Below are positions 9,355 through 18,985 of a stretch of 64,000 nt of DNA, in pieces (within the stretch, counting starts at the first letter, position 1; the number at the start of each line of letters is the position of its first letter). A model generated the notes under the pieces. That model searched no databases, was not told the DNA's origin, and saw only the letters and a program-made list of their open reading frames with translations. Position numbers and translations under genes: made by a program. Location of the stretch: contig CBDHES010000002.1 in NCBI GenBank assembly GCA_965262175.1, positions 1,248,315 through 1,312,314 of the forward strand, read 5' to 3'. Source of the stretch: Acidimicrobiales bacterium. Lineage in GTDB: Bacteria; Actinomycetota; Acidimicrobiia; Acidimicrobiales; SZUA-35.

Positions 9355-9432
9355 GGGCTCATTGTCCCGGACCGGACCCCGGTGCGCCAAGCCACGACGA
9401 CCGGTTGACGACGACCAACCGTGTGACCTCGC

Positions 9433-9897
9433 GTGCTATGGCGCAGCCCTATCCTCGACCGGGTGGATGGGGACCATCTCTCGCTCCCACCGAGACTCCG
9501 ACGGCTGACCCAGTCGGGGGCGTGGAGCGCGGCCAGCGGGCCGCCCACCGAGGTGGTGGCGGTCGTCGACCCCGACGAGGTCGACCTCAACCTCTACGGG
9601 CCGCCGTTCCGCTCTCTCGCAACCGAGCTGGTGGAGCAGGAGCTGGCCGACTCGACCTTCTGGGCCGATCACGGCGCGATCGACCAGCTCGATCCTGGGC
9701 GAGCCCTCCTGATCGGCGACTTCGGCCTGGGCTCGGACTCGCCGATCATCCTCGACTACCGCCAGGGGCCGGACCCTGTGGTTCGCAAACTGGCGTGGGT
9801 CACCGTCGACGAGGGGACCGGTTGGTCGATCCACAACTCCTGGCCGATGATCGCCCGGTCGTTCGACGAGCTCGCCGACCGGCTCGGTCTTCCCTGA
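9433..9897 (+). CDS. Hypothetical protein, possibly SMI1/KNR4 (SUKH-1) family
   Basis: 154 aa with a GTG start. The C-terminal pattern LLIGDFGLGSDSPIILDYRQG...VVRKLAW...ARSFDELADRL resembles SUKH immunity-type proteins. Assignment is weak. Confidence 0.3.
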   Translation: MLWRSPILDRVDGDHLSLPPRLRRLTQSGAWSAASGPPTEVVAVVDPDEVDLNLYGPPFRSLATELVEQELADSTFWADHGAIDQLDPGRALLIGDFGLGSDSPIILDYRQGPDPVVRKLAWVTVDEGTGWSIHNSWPMIARSFDELADRLGLP

Positions 9898-9936
9898 CCC
9901 GGCCCGGACGCCGCTTCCGGCCACAGCACCGGATCG

Positions 9937-12666
9937 CTAGGGCGACGCCTCGGTCCGTACCGACCAGGCCACCGGGTGCTCGGGATCGTAGACGCACCAC
10001 GTCCCGGTCCTGACCGAGTGCGCCAGGTGCCGACCGAGGTCCTCGTCGTACTCGCCGACCCGCTTGATGGCGGCTCGGAGCCGCCAGGTCACGGCCGACC
10101 GGGCCCGTTCGGCGGCCGATCCGACCGACCGGGCCCGCCGACCGAGGCCGAGGCCGGCCGCGAGCTGGTCGACGAGTGCGTCGAGCTCGAGCTCGGCCCG
10201 GGCCGCCCGCTCGGGATCATTGGCGGCCCCCGCCTCGTCGATATCGGTCTGGAGGTCTCGGATGCGGGCCTGATACTCCCGGGTGGCCCGCTCATCGATC
10301 ATCGGCCCGGCGTCGCCGGTGTCGACGCCGCCCATCAGTTCCAGGGCGTGCACCTCGACCCCCGACCGCCCGATCAGGATGGCCAGGTCGGCGAGCCCCT
10401 TCATCGCCGGGAGGACGAGCGGCTCCCCCGAACCGAGACCGACCTCCCAACCGGCCGCCACCCGATGCCACCGCCCGTCGGCGACGCCTGCGGCGGCGAC
10501 CGGTCGACCATCGTGCTTCGCCTCGTCGCCGACGTCCGGGCCCACCTCGGCGACCAACGCCCGTCGAGCCGCCTCCAGGCGACCGACCCAGGATCCCGAG
10601 GGGCCGGCGATCGATGCCGGGCCGACCAACTCATCCAGCGCCGGATCGACGATCCCGGGCTCGAAGACGAACCCCTGGACGACCGGCGCCAGCCGCACCA
10701 GCTGGCGGGCCATCGTCTCATCGCCGTGGCGCAGCGCGAGCCAGGCCAGGAGGCGGAGCAGATGCACATGTGACTCCTGACGGAGGTCACCGAGCCGAGC
10801 GTGCTCCTCGATCGCCGCCAGGACGGTCGAAAGCGCCCCGTCCCATCCCCGTTGGTGGACCGCCAGCCACACCTCGAGACGGGTCAGCGCCGCCGCGCCA
10901 CTCGGATAGTCGACCCGGGCGAGCAGGTCGCGCACCACGTCGAGCTGCTGGCGAGCCCGGTCGGGGTGGCCGAGGATGAGCTCCGCACGGGCCGCCATCT
11001 CGACGGCCAGGATGAGGTTGAGGGTGTCGCCCTGCTCGGCGGCGTCGGCGACGATGGCTCCGACGTCGTCGAGGACGGCCCGATCCGGCCGGGCCGACAT
11101 CCGAGCGGAAACCAGGCTGATTCGAATCAGGTTCTCGTACGACGGGGCACCGAGCAGCTTCGCCGCCTCCAGCGAGCGCTCGAGGGCCCCGACCGCCTCG
11201 TCCCAGTTCCCGGCGTGGATGGCGGCGAAGGCGAGAACCCGGTTGCCCATGAACCGAGCCATCCGCTCGTCGGCATCGACCACGCCGTTGGCCACCCGGT
11301 TCGCCTCCCGGACCCGACCCACGAGGAGCAGGGCGGTGGCCCAGACCGCTCCGGTGGTGGCCCGCAGCGGTTCGGTGCCGCTCGGCCAACGCTCGAGCGA
11401 TCGCCGACCCACCGCCTCGATCTCGGCCGACCGGGAGTCGTGGGCCAACCCCCAGAGCGGCTGGTACAGGGCGAAGGCCCTGTCGCCGGTGGCGTCGCCG
11501 TCGATGCAGTGCTCGATCGCCGAGATGATGCTCCGGTAGACCGCCATCAACTGACCGAGCAACTCCCCCGACCACACCCCGAGCGACTGTTCGACGATGT
11601 CGTTGGCCCGAGCCGTCATCACCTCGACGAATCGATCGACCACCACCGGCAGGTCGTCGCCCAGGCGGTCGGCGGCGTAGGTCCGGAGGGTTTCGAGCAC
11701 GCGGTAGCGGAACGGCCCGCCGGCGGGTTCGACGACCACCAGCGACCGATCGACCAGGCCGGACAGCAGCTCGACCGTGGCGGTCTCGCCCGACCCTGCA
11801 GGACCGGCAACGGCATGGGCCAGGGCGACGTCGAAGCGACCGCGGAAGACGCCGAGCCGATTGAAGAAGAGACGCTCGCCGTCGTCGAGCAGCCGGTAGC
11901 TGGCGTCGATGGCGGCGGTGAGGCTGCGGTGTCGCCGCTCGCCGCGGCGACGACTCAACACGTCCAGCCGCTCCTCGATCAGGTCGAGCAGCGCCTCCGG
12001 GGGGATCGATCGGGTCCGGGCGGCGGCCAGCTCGATGGCCAGGGGCATCCCGTCCAGCCGGCGACACAGCACCCCGACGGTGGCCAGCGTCACGTCATCG
12101 TCGTCGAGGGTGGCACCGGCCGAGCGGGCCCGTTCCAGGAAGAGCGAGACCGCTGGTGACGCCGCCGGGTCGGCCGACTCGTCGGTGAGGGGCACCGCCA
12201 GTGGATCGACCGGGACGAGGTGCTCGCCGTCGAGGTCGAGCGGCTCGCGGCTGGTGGCCAGGAAGCTGATCTCCGGGTTCCGCTCCTGGAGGCGCATGAT
12301 CAGGTCGGCCACGCCGTCGAGGACGTGCTCGCAGTTGTCCAGGACCAGCAGAGACCGTCGGCCATCGAGCGCCGTCGCCAGCTCGCCGAGGTCGTCGAGC
12401 CCGAGCTGGGCGGCGGCGGCCGACGCGACATCGGTCGCCTCGTCCAGCGGGGCGAGCTCGATCACGGTGGCCTCGTCGGGGAACCGATCCCGGTCGAGCC
12501 GCTCGACCACCTCGAGCGCCAACCGGGTCTTGCCGACACCGCCCGGTCCGATCAACGTCACCAGAGCTCGCGTCCCGACCAGCGCCGAGACGGCGTCGAG
12601 CGCCGCCTCGCGTCCGATGAGCGCGGACCGGGCCACCATGGACGCAGTCTCGCATGGATCGGCCAC
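9937..12666 (-). CDS. STAND-class NTPase (NB-ARC/AAA P-loop at the extreme N-terminus) with a helical/TPR-like middle and an uncharacterised ~200-aa C-terminal domain; no LuxR or SARP DNA-binding domain recognised
   Basis: Walker A LIGPGGVGKTRLA and Walker B LLVLDNCEHV lie within the first 120 aa. A long Ala/Leu-rich helical repeat region follows. The C-terminus lacks a LuxR HTH signature. Confidence 0.7.
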   Translation of the reverse strand: MADPCETASMVARSALIGREAALDAVSALVGTRALVTLIGPGGVGKTRLALEVVERLDRDRFPDEATVIELAPLDEATDVASAAAAQLGLDDLGELATALDGRRSLLVLDNCEHVLDGVADLIMRLQERNPEISFLATSREPLDLDGEHLVPVDPLAVPLTDESADPAASPAVSLFLERARSAGATLDDDDVTLATVGVLCRRLDGMPLAIELAAARTRSIPPEALLDLIEERLDVLSRRRGERRHRSLTAAIDASYRLLDDGERLFFNRLGVFRGRFDVALAHAVAGPAGSGETATVELLSGLVDRSLVVVEPAGGPFRYRVLETLRTYAADRLGDDLPVVVDRFVEVMTARANDIVEQSLGVWSGELLGQLMAVYRSIISAIEHCIDGDATGDRAFALYQPLWGLAHDSRSAEIEAVGRRSLERWPSGTEPLRATTGAVWATALLLVGRVREANRVANGVVDADERMARFMGNRVLAFAAIHAGNWDEAVGALERSLEAAKLLGAPSYENLIRISLVSARMSARPDRAVLDDVGAIVADAAEQGDTLNLILAVEMAARAELILGHPDRARQQLDVVRDLLARVDYPSGAAALTRLEVWLAVHQRGWDGALSTVLAAIEEHARLGDLRQESHVHLLRLLAWLALRHGDETMARQLVRLAPVVQGFVFEPGIVDPALDELVGPASIAGPSGSWVGRLEAARRALVAEVGPDVGDEAKHDGRPVAAAGVADGRWHRVAAGWEVGLGSGEPLVLPAMKGLADLAILIGRSGVEVHALELMGGVDTGDAGPMIDERATREYQARIRDLQTDIDEAGAANDPERAARAELELDALVDQLAAGLGLGRRARSVGSAAERARSAVTWRLRAAIKRVGEYDEDLGRHLAHSVRTGTWCVYDPEHPVAWSVRTEASP

Positions 12667-12805
12667 GACCCAGGTCGTCGACCGAGCCCGAACCGGTGGG
12701 AACCGACCGGCAGGCGGTCACACGGTCCGAGATGTCGCCGGCCATGACCCCCTAGGCTCCGGGCGACGGAAGGCGGGGCTCGAAGCTCCGGGTGGGAGGA
12801 CGACG

Positions 12806-13387
12806 ATGGAGGCGCTGGTCGGGCTGGGGAGCGGGTTCGGGCTGTCGACCAGCGCCGGGCTCAACGCCTACATCCCGACGCTGATGGTGGCGGTCATGAC
12901 CCGCCTCGGGCTCATCGAGCTCGACGCACCCTACGACGCCCTCGGCAGCTGGTGGGCCATCGCGGCACTGTCCGGCCTGTTGGTGGTCGAGCTGTTCGTC
13001 GACAAGATCCCGGTCGTCGATTCGATCAACGACGTCATCCAGACCGTCGTCCGGCCCGGCGCAGGGGCGATCCTCTTCGCCGCCACCGCCGACCTCGACC
13101 CGACCCTCTCGGTGATCCTCGGGATCGTGCTCGCCGGTGGTGTCCACACCACCAAGATGGCGACCCGGCCGGTCGTCACCGCGGCCAGCGCCGGGACCGG
13201 CAACTGGTTGGTGTCGATCGTCGAGGACATCGTCGCCTTCGTCGTCGCCCTCCTGGCCATCCTCGCTCCCGTCGTGGCGGCGGTGCTGGTCATGGTGTTC
13301 TTCGTGTGGGTGATCCGGCTCTACCGCCGCCGCCGACGACGTCGTCGGGCCCGGGCCGAGCGACGAGGGCCGGCCCCCGCCGGTTGA
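12806..13387 (+). CDS. DUF4126 family membrane protein
   Basis: Four predicted TM helices and a poly-Arg C-terminal tail. The pattern GLNAYIPTL...VVELFVDKIPVVDS is characteristic of DUF4126. Confidence 0.6.
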   Translation: MEALVGLGSGFGLSTSAGLNAYIPTLMVAVMTRLGLIELDAPYDALGSWWAIAALSGLLVVELFVDKIPVVDSINDVIQTVVRPGAGAILFAATADLDPTLSVILGIVLAGGVHTTKMATRPVVTAASAGTGNWLVSIVEDIVAFVVALLAILAPVVAAVLVMVFFVWVIRLYRRRRRRRRARAERRGPAPAG

Positions 13388-13409
13388 GCGGACGGCCGAC
13401 CGGCGCCGC

Positions 13410-13991
13410 TCACTCCAGCCAGGCGAGGATCAACGATCGGAGCCGGTCGATCCCGGTCCCCGTCGCCGAGCTGACCCAGACCACGTCGCCGACGTCGAGA
13501 TCGCATCCGGCGGCCAGGTCCCGGGTGCGGCGGTGCCGCTTCGACGACTTGACCTTGTCGTGCTTGGTGGCGACCACGGTGTGGGGCAGGTCGTTGGCCC
13601 GGAGCCAGGCCAACATGTCGGTGTCGAGGTTGGTGGGGCCGATCGCCCCGTCGACGAGAACGATGACCATCGTCAGGCCCTCCCGCTCCAGGAGGTAGCG
13701 CTCGATCATGGCCTGCCACGACGCCCGGAGCTGCTTGGACGCCGCGGCGTAGCCGTAGCCGGGGAGGTCCATGACGCTGCCCCCGCCGTCGACCGCGAAC
13801 AGGTTGAGGAGCCGGGTCCGGCCGGGGGTGTTGCTGACCCGGGCCAGGTTCTTGCGGTTCCCGAGGGCGTTGACCAACGACGACTTGCCGACGTTGGAAC
13901 GGCCCACGATCGCCACCTCGGCCTCGCTGGGCGGGAGGGCGTCGACCGAGTCGCCGGACGTGATGAAGCTCATCTGCAGGGGGCGGGCCAT
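13410..13991 (-). CDS. engB: Ribosome biogenesis GTP-binding protein YihA/EngB
   Basis: G1 GRSNVGKSS, G3 DLPGYG, G4 TKHDK. 193 aa. The longer table ORF 13410..14777 is an upstream in-frame artefact. Confidence 0.85.
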   Translation of the reverse strand: MARPLQMSFITSGDSVDALPPSEAEVAIVGRSNVGKSSLVNALGNRKNLARVSNTPGRTRLLNLFAVDGGGSVMDLPGYGYAAASKQLRASWQAMIERYLLEREGLTMVIVLVDGAIGPTNLDTDMLAWLRANDLPHTVVATKHDKVKSSKRHRRTRDLAAGCDLDVGDVVWVSSATGTGIDRLRSLILAWLE

Positions 13992-14002
13992 CGCCGTCAG
14001 CG

Positions 14003-15223
14003 TCAGTCCCGCCACCGGACCAGCTCGGCGCTGATGTCGGCGATCTGCTGGATGCCGGTCAGGGCCATGGTCCGCTCCATCCCCTCGGCCAGGAACCGGA
14101 GCAGGTGGTCGACTCCCCGCTCCCCGGCCGCGCCGAGGGCGTACAGGTAGGGCCGACCCATCATGACCCCGTCGGCCCCCAGGGCCAGGGCCTTCACGAT
14201 GTCGGATCCCCGCCGAACGCCGCCGTCGCACAGGATGGTGATCTGCCCCCCGACCTCGTCGGCCACCGGTTGGACCAGCTCGACCACCGACGGCGCGTCG
14301 TCGAGCTGGCGGCCACCGTGGTTCGACAGGGCGATGCCGGCCACGCCGGCGTCGACCGCCAGCTTGGCGTCGGCCACGGTCTGGATCCCCTTGAGGACGA
14401 TCGGACCAGACCACACCGATTGCAGCCACTCGACGTCGGCCCATGACAGCGCCGGGTCGAACTGCTCGTTGATGTAGGTGCTGAGGTTGACTGCGGTCGA
14501 GCCGTCGCCGGCGTCGTTGTCGCCGGCGACGCTGGCAAAGGTGATCGGGTCGTTGCGGAGGAAGTCGAGCGTCCACGACGGATGGGCGATGCCGTCGATG
14601 ATGGTGTCGAGGCCGATCTTGGGAGGAAGGGTCATACCCCGCCGGACGTCGCGCTCCCGCCGGCCCAGCACCGCGGTGTCGACCGTGAGGACGATCGCCT
14701 CGTAGCCGGCGGCGGCCGCCCGATCGATCAGGTCCCGCACCAGGCCCCGATCCCGCCAGGTGTAGACCTGGAACCACTTCGGCCCGTCGGAGACCGTGGC
14801 GACCTCCTCGATCGACCGGGTCCCCATCGTCGACAGGGTGTAGGGGATCCCGGCCCGGGCCGCGGCCCGAGCCACCGCCAGCTCACCCTGAGGGTCGGCG
14901 ATTCGGGTGAAGCCGGTCGGTGACAACACGAGGGGCATGGGGAGCGGCCGATCGAACAGGGTGGACGTCGTGTCGACCTTGGAGACATCGCGCAGCACCC
15001 GAGGCTGGAACTCGATCCGCCCGAAGGAGGCGACGTTGCGGTCCAGGGTCCGCTCATCTTCGGCGCCACCGTCGATGTAGTCGAACACCCCGGCCGGAAG
15101 CCGCCGCTTGGCCAACCGGCGGAGGTCGGCCACGTCGGCCGCCCCGGCCAGGCGCCGCTCGACCGGGTCGAGCTCCACCGGCCGGAGCTGCACCACCGAC
15201 CGCACCGTTTCAACGATTCCCAT
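14003..15223 (-). CDS. FMN-dependent alpha-hydroxy acid dehydrogenase (LldD/glycolate oxidase family)
   Basis: TIM-barrel FMN motifs: SNHGGRQLD (catalytic His), CDGGVRRGSDIVKALALGA and VLTVDT. Confidence 0.85.
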   Translation of the reverse strand: MGIVETVRSVVQLRPVELDPVERRLAGAADVADLRRLAKRRLPAGVFDYIDGGAEDERTLDRNVASFGRIEFQPRVLRDVSKVDTTSTLFDRPLPMPLVLSPTGFTRIADPQGELAVARAAARAGIPYTLSTMGTRSIEEVATVSDGPKWFQVYTWRDRGLVRDLIDRAAAAGYEAIVLTVDTAVLGRRERDVRRGMTLPPKIGLDTIIDGIAHPSWTLDFLRNDPITFASVAGDNDAGDGSTAVNLSTYINEQFDPALSWADVEWLQSVWSGPIVLKGIQTVADAKLAVDAGVAGIALSNHGGRQLDDAPSVVELVQPVADEVGGQITILCDGGVRRGSDIVKALALGADGVMMGRPYLYALGAAGERGVDHLLRFLAEGMERTMALTGIQQIADISAELVRWRD

Positions 15224-15345
15224 CGCTCCATCGTACGCCCGGCCGCCCGCCGGATCGTCCGCCGCTCCACTACCGTGAACTCCTCGGTCGAGGCCATCAC
15301 GGCTGGGTCACCGATCGGAACGTCGGGCAAGGGTGGAGCGACAGG

Positions 15346-16050
15346 ATGAGCGACTTCCCGCAAGGGCAGGGCTGGTGGCAGGCGTCGGACGGGAAGTGGT
15401 ATCCCCCGAGCGGTCAGGCCTCGCCCTCCGCCGATCCCTCGTTGGCCGGGGCCGCACCGCCGTCGGGACCGCCGGCCCACGGCGCACCCCCTCCCGCCGG
15501 CGCACCCCCCTACGGCGGACCGGCCCCGGCCGGTGCCCCGCCCTACGGCCCGCCCCCGGCCGGCTACCCGGCCTACGGCGCCCCGCCGCCCAGGAAGAGC
15601 GGCGGACGGACGGTCTGGATCGTGCTGGCGGTGGTCCTCGGCCTCATCGTCCTCGGATGCGCCGGCTGTGTCGGCCTCGTCTACTGGGGAGCCGAACAGG
15701 CCGGGACGAGCCTCGGCGAGCTGATCGACGAGGCGACGCTCGACTTCACCGGCGCCGAACGGGCCGACGATCCAGCATCGTGTGACGTCATCGGCTTCCA
15801 GTTCGACGGCTCCGACGACTACCTGGTCGAGGCGACCCTGACCAACACCAGCGGCGTCCCGTCCCACTACCGGGTCGAGTACGAGCTCCTCGGTCCGGCG
15901 GACGACTTCCTCGGCAGCGACGAGGTCATCATCAGCAACGTCGACCCCGACCAGACGGTCCGCGACTCACCCCTCGGTGTCGTCGCCGGCACGGTCGCTC
16001 CCGAAGAGGTCTCCTGCTCGGTGACCGAGGTCTTGCGGATCGACGCCTGA
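15346..16050 (+). CDS. Hypothetical bitopic membrane protein: Pro-rich cytoplasmic N-terminus with a DUF2510-like GWWQASDGKWYPP motif, one TM helix, ~130-aa extracytoplasmic domain
   Basis: Real start taken as ATG 15346 within table ORF 14920..16050. One hydrophobic helix, TVWIVLAVVLGLIVLGCAGCVGLVYW. Confidence 0.5.
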   Translation: MSDFPQGQGWWQASDGKWYPPSGQASPSADPSLAGAAPPSGPPAHGAPPPAGAPPYGGPAPAGAPPYGPPPAGYPAYGAPPPRKSGGRTVWIVLAVVLGLIVLGCAGCVGLVYWGAEQAGTSLGELIDEATLDFTGAERADDPASCDVIGFQFDGSDDYLVEATLTNTSGVPSHYRVEYELLGPADDFLGSDEVIISNVDPDQTVRDSPLGVVAGTVAPEEVSCSVTEVLRIDA

Positions 16051-16154
16051 GCCGAGGCCAAACCGCACCAAATCGCCGCTGCTGGGCGTTCCCACCTGCC
16101 AAAACCGGGTCGCTCTTCCCATTCGACGTCGAGATCGTCCCAGTACCCTGCACG

Positions 16155-17480
16155 TTGGGCCAGGGCGTAGGAGGGCTGATGAGTCGGCTGTGGCAGAGGG
16201 TGAAACGTCGGGCTGGCCGCCCCGCAACGCACCACGTCCCGCCGATCTGGGTCCGGGACCTCGACCTGTTGGCCCCACCGACACGGATCATCGCCCCCCC
16301 GTCACCGCCCGGGCTCGGGCCCTACCGGTCGGCCTACGTGCTGCTCCGGGTCGGGAGCGAGCCGCTGACCTTCGCCACCTACGAGCTGAGCGACGGCGAG
16401 CTGGACGTCGATGCCGTGGTCGCCGAGGCAGAGCAGATCCACGGCGACCGGATCGCTGCCCTGGCCGAGCGGACCCTGTCCACCGCCATGGTAGCCGGCC
16501 ACGACCACGACTGCCCTCCGATCTCGGTCGTCATCGGAACTCGTGACCGTCCGGAGAAGCTCGGCCTGTCGATCGCCCAACTGCTCAAGCAGGACTACCC
16601 GGCCCCGTTCGAGGTGATCGTCGTCGAGAACGGTCGAGGACCGGGCTCGAGCGATGCGTCCGAACGCCTCGTCGCCGAGCGCTTCGGTGACGACGACCGG
16701 GTCCGGTACCGGTCGATCCCCCGCCCGGGCCTGTCACGGGCCCGCAACGCCGGCCTGGCCGAGGCGCGGTACCCGATCACCGCCTTCCTGTCCGATGACA
16801 TCCTGGTCGACAGCACCTGGATGGCCGCCGTGGCCCGCGGCTTCGCCCGTCACGACAGGGTGACGTGCGTCGTCGGTTACTGCCCCCAGCTCTACCTCGA
16901 CACCGAGACCCAGCAGTGCTTCGAGCATCAGCTGCGATGGAGCTCCGTCAACGGCTTCGAGCCCTTCCTGGCGAGCCGGGCCGCGGCCTCCGATCCGCTG
17001 TACCCGTACCGGATCGCCACCAGCAACGGCTCCAACATGAGCTTCGACACCGAGTACTTCCGGTCGGCTGGCGGCTTCGACGAGGCGCTCGGCCCCGGCA
17101 CCCGGGCCCGGGGCGGCGAGGATCTCGACGCCCCGATCCGGGCGCTGTTGGCCGGCGGCGACGTCGCCTTCGAGCCGGCGGCACTCGGGTGGCACGCCGA
17201 CGACCAGGCCGGCAAGCACTTCCGCTCGACCATGTACACCTACGGGCTGGGGTTGACCGCCTTCCTGACCAGCCACCTCCTCGATCCCCGGACCCGGGGA
17301 CCGCTGATGGCCCGCATCCCCCGAGGCGCCCGCTACCTGCTGCCGGCGTCGGTCGCCGAGATCGATGACCCGCTCGACGACGTGGCGATCAAACCGATCC
17401 ACCGGGCGGCCAACATCGTCGGTCGGATCATGGGCCCGATCGAGGTGATCCGCAGCCGGCGCGACGCCCGGGCGGCGTGA
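16155..17480 (+). CDS. Glycosyltransferase family 2 (GT-A fold) with a ~120-aa N-terminal extension
   Basis: PISVVIGTRDRP, the DxD-like FLSDDILVD, and a C-terminal GGEDLD region. Paralogous to 18986..20242. Confidence 0.75.
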   Translation: MGQGVGGLMSRLWQRVKRRAGRPATHHVPPIWVRDLDLLAPPTRIIAPPSPPGLGPYRSAYVLLRVGSEPLTFATYELSDGELDVDAVVAEAEQIHGDRIAALAERTLSTAMVAGHDHDCPPISVVIGTRDRPEKLGLSIAQLLKQDYPAPFEVIVVENGRGPGSSDASERLVAERFGDDDRVRYRSIPRPGLSRARNAGLAEARYPITAFLSDDILVDSTWMAAVARGFARHDRVTCVVGYCPQLYLDTETQQCFEHQLRWSSVNGFEPFLASRAAASDPLYPYRIATSNGSNMSFDTEYFRSAGGFDEALGPGTRARGGEDLDAPIRALLAGGDVAFEPAALGWHADDQAGKHFRSTMYTYGLGLTAFLTSHLLDPRTRGPLMARIPRGARYLLPASVAEIDDPLDDVAIKPIHRAANIVGRIMGPIEVIRSRRDARAA

Positions 17481-17508
17481 GATCCGATCGACGGACCGGA
17501 CCCCGACG

Positions 17509-18837
17509 TCAGGTCCTCACCCAGACCCGCACGTAGTCGACCCGCATCGTCGACGGGACCTGGACCCCGTGGGTGGCGGTGAGGCCGTAGTTGAGGATCA
17601 GGTAGTGCGGGTCGGGGGTCAGCCCGTCGCTGTAGCTCCCGACCAGTACCCCGTCGTAGTAGAAGTCGAGCCGGCCTGCCTGACGGTCGACCCCGAAGGT
17701 GTGCCAGCCGGTGGCGTCGCCCCCCTCCACACAGGTCGTGCGGGACCGGTGGTCGGCCGACGAGCCCCAGTGGTAGCTGAAGCACGGCCAGTTGGTCGAC
17801 AGACCCTCCATGATGTCGATCTCGCCCGTCGAGGGCCACTGGGCGCCGTTGGTCCACACCGCCGGCCAATTGTGGAGCCGACCCCCCGCCCCCGGGAGGT
17901 ACACCCGGGCTTCGACGTAGCCCCGGGTGTAGGCGAACGAGTTGCGGGTGTTGACCAACCCCGAGACGTAGCCGGCCACCGATCCGTCACGCCGCCGACA
18001 GGACGGATCACCGGTCTGCTGGGCGGTCAGCTCGAGCGCGCCACCGACCACCCGGACCTGCGACGAGTTGTAGCAGCTGAGCTCATCGACGTTGACCGGG
18101 GCGGTGAACCCCGAGCCGCTGAACCAGCCGGCTTCCCACCGGGAGGTGTCGAGGCTCGAGCCGTTGAACTCGTCGGCGAACACGAGATCCCATCGGCCGG
18201 GAACGCCGACCGGGCCCGGTCCACCACCGGGAGGCTGGGTGGCCGGCGGCTGGGTCGTCGGCGGTTGGGTCGTCGGTGGACGAGTCGACGGCGGACGGGT
18301 GGTCGGCGCCTCGGTCGACGGCGGGTCGGTCGCCGGTGGCCGGCCCGGATCGGGGTCCGGCGCCGGCGGTGCAGGGGCGGCCCCGGTCGTGCCGGTCGTG
18401 GCCGGCGGTTCGCCATCGGTCGAGCCGGGCGGGCCGTCGGCCCCGGACCCGGGGCCGGGATCGGCCTCGGGAACGCCGGGCGGCCCTGCCTCGCCGGCCG
18501 CCGTCCCGGATGTCGGCGGGGCGACCTCGCCCTCGCCGACCGATGGTGGCGCGTCGCTACCGGCCGCTTCCCCGACGACACCAGCGGCCCCCGAGCCGTC
18601 CACACCCTGGGCCGCTCCCGATGCGGGATCGACCGACGGTGGTTGGCCGGGAGCGGTCACCGTGTCGTAGGCCGCCGTCTCGTCGTCGACCACCCGCATC
18701 CGATCCGGCTCCTCGGCCTCCACACCGGCCGAGATCGCCTGCTGGGTCCGGGCTGCAGTCCCGCCGAGGACCGCCCCGAGCGCGAAGGTGGCCAGGATGC
18801 CGACGGCAATGATCATCCGGGTGATGGTCGGGCGCAT
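17509..18837 (-). CDS. Glycoside hydrolase family 16 (laminarinase/beta-glucanase-like), signal-anchored, with a Pro/Thr-rich linker
   Basis: Catalytic motif EIDIME (E-x-D-x-x-E). N-terminal hydrophobic anchor MRPTITRMIIAVGILATFALGAV, then a long P/T/G-rich spacer before the catalytic domain. Confidence 0.8.
   Translation of the reverse strand: MRPTITRMIIAVGILATFALGAVLGGTAARTQQAISAGVEAEEPDRMRVVDDETAAYDTVTAPGQPPSVDPASGAAQGVDGSGAAGVVGEAAGSDAPPSVGEGEVAPPTSGTAAGEAGPPGVPEADPGPGSGADGPPGSTDGEPPATTGTTGAAPAPPAPDPDPGRPPATDPPSTEAPTTRPPSTRPPTTQPPTTQPPATQPPGGGPGPVGVPGRWDLVFADEFNGSSLDTSRWEAGWFSGSGFTAPVNVDELSCYNSSQVRVVGGALELTAQQTGDPSCRRRDGSVAGYVSGLVNTRNSFAYTRGYVEARVYLPGAGGRLHNWPAVWTNGAQWPSTGEIDIMEGLSTNWPCFSYHWGSSADHRSRTTCVEGGDATGWHTFGVDRQAGRLDFYYDGVLVGSYSDGLTPDPHYLILNYGLTATHGVQVPSTMRVDYVRVWVRT
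18170..18420. repeat. Imperfect tandem nucleotide repeats (ggttgggtcgtcggcgg-type units) encoding the TTQPP/PT-rich linker of the GH16 protein
   Basis: Direct reading: ggctgggtcgtcggcggttgggtcgtcggtggacgagtcgacggcggacgggtggtcggc. The protein reads PPTTQPPTTQPPATQPP. Confidence 0.5.
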
Positions 18838-18985
18838 GTCCAAGAACTCCGCTCCCCGGTGCCCCCACCCGGAACGTACGAAACCGTCGCGTCCGGTCAC
18901 GTTACCCAACGATCTGGACCGATCCTGCCGATACCTTGGACAGGGAATGCCATGCGGGCAACATCCATCATGAAAGGGCGAGCTG

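Noticed and set aside
10787-12159. 426-aa (-) and 452-aa (+) ORFs inside the STAND NTPase gene
   Set aside because: Alternate and antisense frames of a CDS with clear Walker motifs. Composition is low-complexity Arg/Gly/Pro.
13410-14777. 455-aa extent of the engB ORF
   Set aside because: The upstream 260 aa are Gly/Arg/Pro-rich and overlap the convergent dehydrogenase gene. The conserved EngB protein starts at MARPLQM (13991).
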